A stretch of DNA of 53,291 nt from Candidatus Giovannonibacteria bacterium RIFCSPHIGHO2_01_FULL_45_24 (GTDB taxonomy: Bacteria > Patescibacteriota > Minisyncoccia > UBA11713 > 2-01-FULL-45-33): NCBI GenBank assembly GCA_001778495.1, contig MFHE01000010.1, forward strand, positions 1 through 53,291, written 5' to 3'. Of this stretch, positions 31,521 to 41,225 are shown one piece after another. The first letter of the stretch is position 1. Every line of letters starts with the position of its first letter. The notes under the pieces are model-generated. The model was not told the DNA's origin. It did no database searches and saw only the letters and a program-made list of their open reading frames with translations. A program made the translations under genes and the position numbers.

Positions 31521-32847
31521 TTTCTTCCTTTCTCAAGAAAAATAATTGTATCTTCGCGTATTTTCTCCAAATTAGCCGCGGCATCACTTTAGAAAACAGC
31601 TTTGTAGCTTTGACGAACAATATAAAAAATAGCGGCGGGGACTTGCTGTAATAAGGCGTCAGCTCCTCAATGGCCGGGAAAAGAAACAAGCATTCCCGCA
31701 CTTTTAAACTGAACCCGGATTTTTTTAATATACCCAAAGCCCACTCCGGGTCAACAGGATTGAAAGGCGCCACCATCTGCGGCGTCATCACCGGAAAACG
31801 AATTTCTTTTTTGCGGCGCGCCTTGAAACGATGCAAGGGCAAAAAATAAGAAAATTTGTTGCAAATTCCTAAAATCAGCGTTCCGCCCGGTTTTACCAAA
31901 GACGACAAATCTTCCAGCATTTTTTCATGCAAATTTGTTGGATACGCCTCCAAACGAAAAAGACAGGAAACCGCATCGGCTTTACCCTCCGCGCCCGCGA
32001 AATTGTAATTGGCATAACCAATAGAGTTTTCCGGCTTGCCCACGCCGCCGACTCTTTCTATTGAAAAACGCGCCAGTTGGTCCGCGATTTCCAAAATTTT
32101 AAATCTGGCGCGCGGAAAAAGCTTGACCAAGCCCTCCAAATACGCGCCCGTTGACGGCAAAAAATCAATCCATTCCTTCGCGTCCCGCGGCGCGTGAGTT
32201 TTGATTGAATTAAGAACCGCGGCGAATTCTTCGTTAAGATACGGGCGGTATTTCGCGCCGCTCCAGACCCGGAATTCCTGAAATGCCTTTAACTGCTCAA
32301 TCGGCCAATCATCCGGATCCCCGGAAAGCGGCAGGTCGCGGCTGCCGTCGTAGAAATTATTATGCACAAACTCCGCGGGCGATCTGCGCCTGGGAGGAGG
32401 CGGTTTTTTGTCCGGCCAGCCGAACATAACCAAAGCAAGAATCTCGCGCCTTTCCGGTATCTTAAAAATGCTCCGCACAATTTTTTCTTTCCCAACGCTC
32501 GCCGCCCAATAAGCCCCGAGACCGAGACTTTCCGCCGCAAGGACCATATTTTGAATCGCCGCCGCGCCGGATTGGATGTTGGAATGGTATTCCTGGCTGA
32601 ATCGTTTATCGTAAGTAGCCACAAAAAGCACCGGGGCTCTCGCGGCCTCGCCGGCGGATTTGGCCTCATAAACAAGCTTTTGGCGGAGCGCGTGGTCGGT
32701 TACGCGAATCAGCCCCAGAAGCTGCATATTGCAGGAGCTCGGCGCCCAGCTGGCGGCTTCAAGAATTTTTTCAACATATTCCTCCGGCACGGGCTTATCG
32801 GAAAAATGCCGCTGGGTGCGCCGCGATTTAATAATGTCCAAAATCAT
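31495..32847 (-). CDS. Nitroreductase-domain / class I methyltransferase-like fusion protein
   Basis: N-terminus: SRRTQRHFSDKPVP...APSSCNMQ (nitroreductase family). C-terminal half has methyltransferase-like spacing (…KILEIAD…, …GGTLILG…). Confidence 0.65.
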   Translation of the reverse strand: MILDIIKSRRTQRHFSDKPVPEEYVEKILEAASWAPSSCNMQLLGLIRVTDHALRQKLVYEAKSAGEAARAPVLFVATYDKRFSQEYHSNIQSGAAAIQNMVLAAESLGLGAYWAASVGKEKIVRSIFKIPERREILALVMFGWPDKKPPPPRRRSPAEFVHNNFYDGSRDLPLSGDPDDWPIEQLKAFQEFRVWSGAKYRPYLNEEFAAVLNSIKTHAPRDAKEWIDFLPSTGAYLEGLVKLFPRARFKILEIADQLARFSIERVGGVGKPENSIGYANYNFAGAEGKADAVSCLFRLEAYPTNLHEKMLEDLSSLVKPGGTLILGICNKFSYFLPLHRFKARRKKEIRFPVMTPQMVAPFNPVDPEWALGILKKSGFSLKVRECLFLFPAIEELTPYYSKSPPLFFILFVKATKLFSKVMPRLIWRKYAKIQLFFLRKEENGRPSGIS

Positions 32848-34439
32848 TTTAATTTAGAATAGATGTCGTTTCTTAAAAAAAGCAGTTGGTGGTTGATTGC
32901 CGGATAACGGTAAGCAAACGGCGATGGGTACTTTCGGGCAAGCGCGTAGCCCCGAAAGCGCGGGTCACCGGCAATCGCCATGGCCTCTTTGTCAGACTCC
33001 ACCCTCTCTAAAGAAGAACTGGTAATAAAAATCGCCGCCGGATTTTTAGAGTAAAAATAATCTATGCGCTCTTTGGACGATAGCTTGCCGCGCGCCAAAA
33101 CAGGGTCGTTTAGCGCGCCGAAATCAACGGCTTTTATTTTAGAAAAATACGGCACCGCGCCCGCATCCAAATAAATCACCACCCAATCTGTCGGTAATAG
33201 ATTTTTTTGAAGAAACTCGCCAGCTAAATAATGCTGACTCTCTTTTTCGGTTTTTTCATCATTGGCAAAAGTTATTTCATTTTTCAGTTTCGCCGCATTG
33301 AACAAAATTTGATATGAACTTAAGACAAAGAACAAAAATATTGCCAACTTATAACCAAGTTTTTTATTGACTTTAATATAATTAAGAACCGTAAAACCAA
33401 AATTAAATGCGAAAACCAATCCCAGCCACATTGCCGGCATCAGCGAAGTATAAAAACGCTCGGAGAAATTCGTAGTAAGGTGAGAGCGCGCATAAAACAG
33501 CATAAGTAAAGCCGCGAAAGCCGCAATGGGCAGAAAAACGTATAAAATATTGGATTCCCAAAATCCGCCCTCGCGCCTTTTTAGGCGCGCGGAAAACCAG
33601 TCTATTTCCGGCAATACAAGCGCTATGCCTGCCAAAATTGGGAGCGCAAAGTTTCCGCGCAGAAACCTGAACATATCAATTAAAATGTCCACGCTAAACC
33701 CGACGTCGCTTTTTGCGTAATAAGTATTCGGCAAGAAGGCATGATAATAATTTAATCGCCACAAAAAATACACGAGTGCCAGCAGAAAATAAAAAACAGC
33801 GAAACTGCCTATAAAACTTTTTAAGTTCTCGCGCCGCTGTTTAAATTCATAAAGCGCCGCGGCAACTGTAAAAAATCCGGCAAGCGCAACACCCTCCGGC
33901 CGCACCAAACTTGTAAAAAGCAGGGATAAAAACAAAGGCGCGCCTCCCCCGCGCAATAAAAACCGCAATAAGAAATACGACGACGCTAAAATAGAAGCGA
34001 CAAAGAGCATTGTTTCCAGCCCAGAAGAAGCGTGAGTAAATAAAATCGGCGCCGTGCTGTAAAGCAGCAATATAATGCCGAAGACAAATTTGTCAGATTT
34101 CAGCAGTTTCAGCGATAAAAAAAGCATAAGCCACCCTAAAAAGAAAGAAAAAACGCCGATGGCGCGGCTTACATTTATCGGGTCAAAACCGAATCTCATA
34201 AAAACAGCGAGCGCCGCAGGCAAAAATACTCCCGTATATCCCTCAATCGGCGGCTCGCCCACATTCCAGGTAAATTCACTGAACTTCGCTAAATTTTCTG
34301 CGTACCTGAAAGTGATGAAAGCGTCGTCTATGACCCATTTTGGAAAAATCACGAAAACAAAAATCGGGTAAACAACCGAAGCCAGTATTAGAAACGAGGA
34401 AACGACCCTGATAAGCCGGTTCATATTATAACTGTTCAT
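32844..34439 (-). CDS. GT-C-type polytopic membrane glycosyltransferase
   Basis: 531 aa, about 12 TM helices, N-terminal DDAFITFRYAENL motif in the first loop. Confidence 0.68.
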   Translation of the reverse strand: MNSYNMNRLIRVVSSFLILASVVYPIFVFVIFPKWVIDDAFITFRYAENLAKFSEFTWNVGEPPIEGYTGVFLPAALAVFMRFGFDPINVSRAIGVFSFFLGWLMLFLSLKLLKSDKFVFGIILLLYSTAPILFTHASSGLETMLFVASILASSYFLLRFLLRGGGAPLFLSLLFTSLVRPEGVALAGFFTVAAALYEFKQRRENLKSFIGSFAVFYFLLALVYFLWRLNYYHAFLPNTYYAKSDVGFSVDILIDMFRFLRGNFALPILAGIALVLPEIDWFSARLKRREGGFWESNILYVFLPIAAFAALLMLFYARSHLTTNFSERFYTSLMPAMWLGLVFAFNFGFTVLNYIKVNKKLGYKLAIFLFFVLSSYQILFNAAKLKNEITFANDEKTEKESQHYLAGEFLQKNLLPTDWVVIYLDAGAVPYFSKIKAVDFGALNDPVLARGKLSSKERIDYFYSKNPAAIFITSSSLERVESDKEAMAIAGDPRFRGYALARKYPSPFAYRYPAINHQLLFLRNDIYSKLK

Positions 34440-35880
34440 ATATGACGCGCAAAAAATTACTTATATTGTCTTCTCTGCTCAAATCGCTGCATGCTGCGTA
34501 TTCCTGGTCAGTATAACCGCGAAAACTGGCTTTATCAAAGGCAACTAAAAACTTGATTAATTCAGTTTCATCAAATCCGCGCCAAGCTTCAATTTCAGCA
34601 AAAGCCCGGCGGCAAGATTCAGCGCTATCCACCCGGAAAACCCCTGGGCTATTTTGGAACCAAACATGCCCGAAAAGCAAAGCAGGTTTTGACCTCATTA
34701 CTGCTTCCCACGCGGCGGTTCCGGTAACTGCGGCCACCGTTTTAGCATAATGAATCAGCTCAAACGTGTTCGTTCCAATCGGCATTATTCTAGCGTTTTT
34801 CAGGGCAACAATAGATTTATAATAACCCCGCGGGCGATCGTTAAAAAATGCCGGGCCGCGCGGCAACCACTGAAAGGGGTGTTCCTTGACATAAATTAGC
34901 CAATCTTTCGGCAAAGCAGCCGCTAAAATTTCCAGCATTAAAAGCTGGTCTACAAAAACGTCTCCCTGGGTGACAGTGTTCTGCTCTGGTTGTGTGTGAA
35001 GCGGAACATAAACAAAATTCCTGCTGAAATCCGGAGAAGACTGAACTGATAAATATTCTTTTTTCATGTTGGGGCCAATCCTGTTGATAAAAAAACTTAT
35101 GGCTTTTTTGGGCAAAGAAAGGTCTTTGGCGCTACTTGCAATCAGCCGCATCCGTTCTCTAAAAGTATGGGCGGCGCTAAATCTTCCTTCCAAAAAAACA
35201 TTAATTTCCTTATATGTTGCTTCTCTAAAATCCGAAATGTCCTCGGGGCCTTGAGACAACTTTCTGTGTTTAGAATAGTAATCCCGCAAGTCCTCGCTTA
35301 AATTCGCAACACTAAATTTACCCGATTGGTTTTTCCAAGCCTGCGGTTTAAGCAACGGATGTCCCTCTTTAAAATCTTCATAGAGCAGCAGCCGGTCGTT
35401 TACTACCGAAACCTCGACTACCAGCGTTTTAACGTTTCTGCTTTTAGCCAGCGCGTAAATAACGTAATCATAAATGGCGTGCGGCGCGGAAAGAAAAAGA
35501 ATCGCATCCGGGTTATATTTGTCAAATACTCCGCGCCAATACTGCACAATATGATAATATAAATGTTTCCTCTCGTTGATCGCCAAATGGCCGAGCCGCT
35601 TGTTCATCATAGTTAAAACAACCGACTCGGTGCCGTAAAATTGCTGGATTACATCACGTCCGACCGAAGGAAATTCTTCGGCATTAACGCCATGAGCCGG
35701 CTTGCCCGCTATTGCTTCGTAGTGATCGTGAAAAATCGTGCCGGGAAAAGTTTTATAATCCGCTTCTTTGCCAAAATCACAAACCCAATAAACTATCTCG
35801 TGGCCGCTTTCCTGAAGCCGCTTTGCGATTTCTATCATCCCGATTTCCTTACCTGACCATGATATTAAAAATAAACGCAT
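34426..35880 (-). CDS. Capsule-biosynthesis (KpsS/KpsC-like) or sialyltransferase-like GT-B protein; candidate nonulosonate transferase
   Basis: 484 aa with VYVPLHTQPE and VKEHP motifs. Family call is tentative. Confidence 0.5.
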   Translation of the reverse strand: MRLFLISWSGKEIGMIEIAKRLQESGHEIVYWVCDFGKEADYKTFPGTIFHDHYEAIAGKPAHGVNAEEFPSVGRDVIQQFYGTESVVLTMMNKRLGHLAINERKHLYYHIVQYWRGVFDKYNPDAILFLSAPHAIYDYVIYALAKSRNVKTLVVEVSVVNDRLLLYEDFKEGHPLLKPQAWKNQSGKFSVANLSEDLRDYYSKHRKLSQGPEDISDFREATYKEINVFLEGRFSAAHTFRERMRLIASSAKDLSLPKKAISFFINRIGPNMKKEYLSVQSSPDFSRNFVYVPLHTQPEQNTVTQGDVFVDQLLMLEILAAALPKDWLIYVKEHPFQWLPRGPAFFNDRPRGYYKSIVALKNARIMPIGTNTFELIHYAKTVAAVTGTAAWEAVMRSKPALLFGHVWFQNSPGVFRVDSAESCRRAFAEIEAWRGFDETELIKFLVAFDKASFRGYTDQEYAACSDLSREDNISNFLRVIYEQL

Positions 35881-35884
35881 ACCG

Positions 35885-37687
35885 TTATTTTTTAGCGTGA
35901 TAAACTCTAAAAAAATAAGAATTCTGATTCGCTAAAAGCTCGCGGGGGCTCCCCTCTTCCAAAATCCTGCCATTATCTAAAACTATAAGCCTATCGGCTG
36001 AAACAACTGTAGAGAGTCTGTGGGCTATAGTAAAAACCGTAACCCGCCCCCGCAAATTTTCAATGGCCTTTTGAATTAAAATTTCGGACTCGTTATCTAA
36101 AGAACTGGTAGCCTCATCCAAGAGTAAAATTTCAGGATGCCTAGCCAAAACTCTGGCCAAAACTACGCGCTGACGCTGACCCACCGAAAGCTGAATGCCA
36201 CGCTCGCCCACCAATGTTTTGAACTTTTCTGGCAAAGACTCAATAAAATCAAAAATATTGGCCATGCGAGCGGCTTCTATCATATCGGCATCAGTCACGC
36301 TCTCGCCGTAAAATTTTATATTATTTTCAATAGTGCCATTCATTAAAAAAATGTCTTGGGAAACATAGCCAATATTGGTTCGCCATTCCCTAAGCTTAAT
36401 GTTATAAATATCAACTCCGTCCAAAGTAATCGTGCCTCTTTGCGGGTCCAGAAGGCGCAACATAAGGTCAACAATAGTTGTTTTGCCAACGCCCGAAGGT
36501 CCGATAAGCCCCGTCGTCTCCCCTTTTTTAATGAAAAAATTGACTCTCTTAAGTACTGGTCCGTAAGAGGCGCCGTAAGCAAAATGCACATTGTTAAACC
36601 GCAAACAATCCCGGAAATTAAAATTGCGCTTGCCTAAATCCTTTTCTTTGCGCCCCAATATTTCATTCTCATATTGCATCGCCCCCCGCAAATAAGGTTC
36701 GTAAGAAATTACGGAGTGAAAAAAAGATTGCCCCTGCTGCGCTTGGGTAAAAATTTTATTAATAGCATAGACAATGACCGCAAACGAAGCCATATTAAAA
36801 CTTTGATCCGATCTGTAAAAATAAAGGAACGCTGCCATTATAAAAAAAAGACCAATGGGCTGAATAAGCGTATTGGTTAATATAGACGCCAAAGTAATTC
36901 TCACATTAAGCTCTTTCAGCCGATCGAAGTAGCTGTTGGCGCGCTCTACAATTTTATCTTTGACTTCAATGGATTTAATTGTTTTGACGCCCAAAAGGCT
37001 CTCGTTTACAAAATGCGCCACATCCTTAAAAACCACGCTCATCTCTGAAGATGCGGCTTCATTTTTTTTAAAAAAGGGCTTAAAAACATAAAAAGACGAT
37101 AGTGCCAAAACAAATGCCGCAAAAGCAATAATGGCGGATATATTGACAGCCAAAATAATGTAAATCAAAAGATTAGCGGTCACAATAATCAAACTGCTGA
37201 CATGAGAGAAAAGAGCGGAGCTGTTATTGATATAAGTTGTTAAAATCTGATCCAAGTAACCCAGTTTATGTTTCGTAAGATACGGCCAGTCTGCAAAAAA
37301 AGTTTGACTAAAAAGTAAGTTGCGCTTTCTGCGGGCAAATTCCGAGACTGTTTTTGCCGCAATGAAACTGGCCATGAAAAAAACGATGGTTTTTATCACA
37401 AAAATTGTTATAATAAACAAAATCAAATACTGCAAATTAAACGGCAGAATAAAATAATTAAAAAATTTCTCAATCATTCGTGAAACAATATCGGCGCCCT
37501 GTGCTCCATTTTTAAGAAAAGAAAAAAGAGGAATAACGGCATTTATGCCGATGCCCTCCAAAACACTGCTTAAAAAACTCAAAAGCGTGAAAGCGACAAC
37601 AGCCCACTTAAATTCGCCGAAGGCTTCGCCGAATAATCTGAATAAACCGAAAATCTTTTTACCGGCACTTTGCATTACAACCATCAA
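35885..37687 (-). CDS. ABC exporter, fused TMD-NBD (MsbA/lipid or glycan flippase type)
   Basis: 600 aa. Six-TM domain, Walker A GPSGVGKTT, signature LSVGQRQRVVLAR, Walker B LLLDEATSSLD. Confidence 0.9.
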   Translation of the reverse strand: MMVVMQSAGKKIFGLFRLFGEAFGEFKWAVVAFTLLSFLSSVLEGIGINAVIPLFSFLKNGAQGADIVSRMIEKFFNYFILPFNLQYLILFIITIFVIKTIVFFMASFIAAKTVSEFARRKRNLLFSQTFFADWPYLTKHKLGYLDQILTTYINNSSALFSHVSSLIIVTANLLIYIILAVNISAIIAFAAFVLALSSFYVFKPFFKKNEAASSEMSVVFKDVAHFVNESLLGVKTIKSIEVKDKIVERANSYFDRLKELNVRITLASILTNTLIQPIGLFFIMAAFLYFYRSDQSFNMASFAVIVYAINKIFTQAQQGQSFFHSVISYEPYLRGAMQYENEILGRKEKDLGKRNFNFRDCLRFNNVHFAYGASYGPVLKRVNFFIKKGETTGLIGPSGVGKTTIVDLMLRLLDPQRGTITLDGVDIYNIKLREWRTNIGYVSQDIFLMNGTIENNIKFYGESVTDADMIEAARMANIFDFIESLPEKFKTLVGERGIQLSVGQRQRVVLARVLARHPEILLLDEATSSLDNESEILIQKAIENLRGRVTVFTIAHRLSTVVSADRLIVLDNGRILEEGSPRELLANQNSYFFRVYHAKK

Positions 37688-38727
37688 ATTTGGTGTGAAT
37701 CTGCTTCTTTGATCAGCGCCGAAAGGCGATCCTCGGAAAGTTTGGGCGCAAATTCCGAAGAAAAACTTTTATTCCCTGCGGCTATCAACTTTGCCGGATA
37801 CTTTTCTTTGTATTCTTCCCCCACAACCTTTTCGTGCGGAGTCAAAATATACATATCCTTGGTCTCAAACGCCCGCGGCAGTTCATGGTCGGCCAGCAAT
37901 TTTTCATGTATTTTCTCGCCGGCTCTTCTGCCGACTATTTTAATTTTAATTTCCGAAGATTTTTTCCCGAACATGGGCGCGTAATGCTTCACGGCAGCTT
38001 TTGCCAAATCGGCCAAGCGCACAGCTGGCATCTTTAAAACAAAAACTTCCTGCCCGCGCATTAGGTTCGTCGCGGAGAGCACCAAGCTTGCCGCCTGCGG
38101 TATGGTCATCACAAACCTTGTCATTTTAGGATTAGTAATAGAAACGGCGCCGTTATTTTTAATCTGTTTTTTAAAAAGCGGCAAGATGCTCCCCCGGCTG
38201 CCCAAAACGTTGCCGAAGCGCACGCAAGCAAATTTTGTTTTCCGGTCACCTTTGTAATAAAAAGAGGATAAAAATAATTTCTCCGCCATAAGTTTGGAAA
38301 CGCCCAGGATGCCTTCCGGCTCGGCAACTTTGTCGGTGGAAATGCCGACCACTTTTCCTATATTTAAGTCCCGCGCGACGTCTATGACGTTCTGCGTGCC
38401 CACGATGTTCGTTTTCACGACTTCAAAAGGGTTGTATTCGCACATCTCAACCTGCTTGAGCGCGGCGGCGTGAAAAACAATGTCCACTCCTTCCATGGCC
38501 ATGCGCAAGCGGTCTTTATCGCGAATATCTCCGATAACGAATCTTAAGTGGTCGTTTTCGTGGTTGTACCCCAGATCATTCATTAAAGTGTAATGCCTGT
38601 CTTCGTGGCGCGCGAAAACGCGGATGCTTCTCGGGCTGAAATTCAAAAGCTGGCGGACGATTTCTGAACCAATTGAGCCTGTGCCGCCCGTGACCAAAAT
38701 ATTTTTATTTTTAAATTCGCTCTGCAT
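37684..38727 (-). CDS. UDP-GlcNAc 4,6-dehydratase family (PseB/LegB/CapD, Polysacc_synt_2)
   Basis: VTGGTGSIGSE, ISTDKVAEPEGILGVSKLMAEK, RFGNVLGSRGSILPLF. Confidence 0.85.
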   Translation of the reverse strand: MQSEFKNKNILVTGGTGSIGSEIVRQLLNFSPRSIRVFARHEDRHYTLMNDLGYNHENDHLRFVIGDIRDKDRLRMAMEGVDIVFHAAALKQVEMCEYNPFEVVKTNIVGTQNVIDVARDLNIGKVVGISTDKVAEPEGILGVSKLMAEKLFLSSFYYKGDRKTKFACVRFGNVLGSRGSILPLFKKQIKNNGAVSITNPKMTRFVMTIPQAASLVLSATNLMRGQEVFVLKMPAVRLADLAKAAVKHYAPMFGKKSSEIKIKIVGRRAGEKIHEKLLADHELPRAFETKDMYILTPHEKVVGEEYKEKYPAKLIAAGNKSFSSEFAPKLSEDRLSALIKEADSHQI

Positions 38728-39670
38728 TTTTTAAATATTGGCCATTAGAATAAATGGCGTTTTTTGGGTCGCGAACCCTGCCGGCCGTGATAAGCTGGTA
38801 AATTTCCCGCACGCCGTCTTCCAAACTATATCGCGGCTTCCATCCGTATGACATAAACTTTGCCGAAGAAACTTTATAATTTCTCAAGTCTTCAAATGTG
38901 ACATTATCGTGTTCAACTTTTGCATCGGGGATTATCTTTTTTATTGTATCCGCGATTTCAGAAACCTTGTAGTTCTTAGCGCTTAAATTAAATAGGCCGT
39001 TCAGGTTATTTTTTATTCCAAACAATATTCCATCCGCAGCGTCTTTGACGTGCATGAGCGGCCTCCATTGCTCGCCGCCGAAAACCGTCAAAATCTCATT
39101 AGCGGCAGCTCTTTGGGTCAGCAGATTAACGGCGAGATCAAATCTCAACCGCGCGTGCCTGTCTCCTGCGCCAAAAAGAGTGCCGAGCCGGAATATGAGA
39201 TAGTCGTTCGAACGTGCCATAATTTCTTTTTCTGCTTTCAGCTTGGTTACAGCGTAATGCGACAATGGCTTGACCTCCGACGATTCATCCAGTAAGCCGT
39301 CGTTTTTCCCGTAAACAGAGCAGGTAGAAGTATAAACTATTTTGCCCTTATAATTTCTGGTAAACCACTGAACGGCGGAGAGATTAATTTCTCTGGCAGC
39401 AGTAGGATTAATTGCGCACGCCTCATCCCCGACTATCGCCGCCAGCCAAATGACAATGTCAAAGTTGTTTATAATCCGGCCCAATTTTTCTTTATCGCGG
39501 ATATCGCCATAAATAAAATTTATATTTTTTAAGTAGCGATCTTCGTAGATAAGATTATCATAAATGGCAACGTCGCATCCTTTTTCCATAAGCAAATCGG
39601 CGAGATGTCCGCCAACATAGCCCGCACCACCGCAAATCAGCACTTTAGTTGTATTTTTTGACGGCATCAA
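38711..39670 (-). CDS. NAD-dependent sugar epimerase/dehydratase (SDR)
   Basis: VLICGGAGYVGGHL Rossmann motif and YAVTKLKAE catalytic YxxxK. Confidence 0.82.
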   Translation of the reverse strand: MMPSKNTTKVLICGGAGYVGGHLADLLMEKGCDVAIYDNLIYEDRYLKNINFIYGDIRDKEKLGRIINNFDIVIWLAAIVGDEACAINPTAAREINLSAVQWFTRNYKGKIVYTSTCSVYGKNDGLLDESSEVKPLSHYAVTKLKAEKEIMARSNDYLIFRLGTLFGAGDRHARLRFDLAVNLLTQRAAANEILTVFGGEQWRPLMHVKDAADGILFGIKNNLNGLFNLSAKNYKVSEIADTIKKIIPDAKVEHDNVTFEDLRNYKVSSAKFMSYGWKPRYSLEDGVREIYQLITAGRVRDPKNAIYSNGQYLKNAERI

Positions 39671-40763
39671 TAACTTTATTAGATATATATTTAATGTCCG
39701 GCCTCTTAAGCCCGACGTAAAACGGCAGGGCCAGCGTGCTTGCGCTCACGGTTTCAGAGATCGGATAGTCGCCGGGTTTAAATCCAAACCTGCTTCTGTA
39801 AAAACTGAAAAGGTGGATTGAAGGCAGATACGGCTTTGTCGCGATGCCCTGTTTTTGAAGGTCAAGCATGACTCTGTCGCGGTTGATATTTCTATTTTTG
39901 ATGCGGACAACGTAAACCTGCCATGTGTGGGTGTTGTGCGGATGAGTTTGAGGAGTTTGAATCAAATCTCCGTGCGGAGCCAAAAATTCATGATACCAGT
40001 CGGCAATGCTGCGCTCGCGCAAAAGAAAATCAATATTTTCAATCTGCGCAAGGCCGACGGCCGCGCTCATCTCATCCATCCGGTAGTTATAACCAAGGCG
40101 ATTATGGTCCAGCCACTGCATATTTTCGGCTCTGCCCTGATTGCGCAAACTCCTGCAAAGCCCGTAAATCCTTTTATTGCTGGTCACGATAACTCCGCCT
40201 TCGCCGGTAGTCATCTGCTTGTTCGCGTAAAAAGCGAAAACCGCCGACTCGCCGAATGTGCCCGCCATGCGGCCTTTATAGGTCGCACCCAGCGATTCGC
40301 AGGCGTCTTCTATTATTTTCAAATTGTATTTTCTGGCGATTTTTAAAATAGGAGCCATTTCCGCCGGCTGGCCGAAGATATGCACGACCAAAATCGCCTT
40401 TGTTCTTTTGGTTATCGCGCGCTCAATTTTTTGGGGGTCAATATTGTAAGTTAAAGGGTCAATATCTGCAAAAATCGGTTTTGCGCCGACATACAAAATC
40501 GCGTTAGCGGAAGCCACAAAGGAAAACGGCGTGGTTATCACTTCGTCGCCAGGGCCAATGCCAGCCGCAATCATAGCGAGATGCAGCCCCGCCGTGCCGG
40601 AGGAAACCGCGCAGGCGTATTTCGCTCCGATAAACTTCGCAAACTTATTTTCAAAGCGCTCCTGCTTTTTGCCCAAGCTTAAAATGCCGGAATTTAAAAC
40701 TTCCAGCACGTATTTCTTCTCCCGATCCGTAATATAAGGCTTGGCGCTAGGATAGCGTTTCAC
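39645..40763 (-). CDS. DegT/DnrJ/EryC1-type PLP sugar aminotransferase (PseC/LegC-like)
   Basis: 372 aa with ...FYANKQMTTGEGG... Lys motif. Confidence 0.9.
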   Translation of the reverse strand: MKRYPSAKPYITDREKKYVLEVLNSGILSLGKKQERFENKFAKFIGAKYACAVSSGTAGLHLAMIAAGIGPGDEVITTPFSFVASANAILYVGAKPIFADIDPLTYNIDPQKIERAITKRTKAILVVHIFGQPAEMAPILKIARKYNLKIIEDACESLGATYKGRMAGTFGESAVFAFYANKQMTTGEGGVIVTSNKRIYGLCRSLRNQGRAENMQWLDHNRLGYNYRMDEMSAAVGLAQIENIDFLLRERSIADWYHEFLAPHGDLIQTPQTHPHNTHTWQVYVVRIKNRNINRDRVMLDLQKQGIATKPYLPSIHLFSFYRSRFGFKPGDYPISETVSASTLALPFYVGLKRPDIKYISNKVIDAVKKYN

Positions 40764-40782
40764 TAAATATAAAACCCCCAGG

Positions 40783-41205
40783 TTAGTCTCGGGGTTTCTT
40801 GGGCAATTTTCTCAAAACCCTTGCGGGAACGCCGGCGGCAATTACATTGGACGGCAAGTTCTTATTTACAAAGCTGTGCGCGCCGACAATGGTATTTTCT
40901 CCGATTGTCACTCCGGGCATCACGGAGCTGTGGGTTCCGATGCGGCAGTTTTTTTTAAGAACGATTTTCCCTTTTTTATTGTCAATCGTAGAGTAAGAAT
41001 ACAAAGAGCAATGCGACCCTATCTGTACTTCATCTTCTATTTCCACGCCGTGCTTTGCCACTATTAAAGTGTACGCGCCGATGTCAGTGTTTTTGCCGAG
41101 TTTCAAACCTTCCGGATAGAGCACATTCCAATTATATTTAGTGGGCTTCCCGTGCACAATTTTCGGCGCCTTCCAATTTTTGAATCTTGCTTTAGTTCTA
41201 GACAT
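40783..41205 (-). CDS. Left-handed beta-helix (hexapeptide) acetyltransferase
   Basis: 140 aa with hexapeptide repeats (IGSHCSL..., IGTHSSV..., IGENTIVGAHSFV). Confidence 0.8.
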   Translation of the reverse strand: MSRTKARFKNWKAPKIVHGKPTKYNWNVLYPEGLKLGKNTDIGAYTLIVAKHGVEIEDEVQIGSHCSLYSYSTIDNKKGKIVLKKNCRIGTHSSVMPGVTIGENTIVGAHSFVNKNLPSNVIAAGVPARVLRKLPKKPRD

Positions 41206-41225
41206 ATCGTCCTCATTAGCTAACC

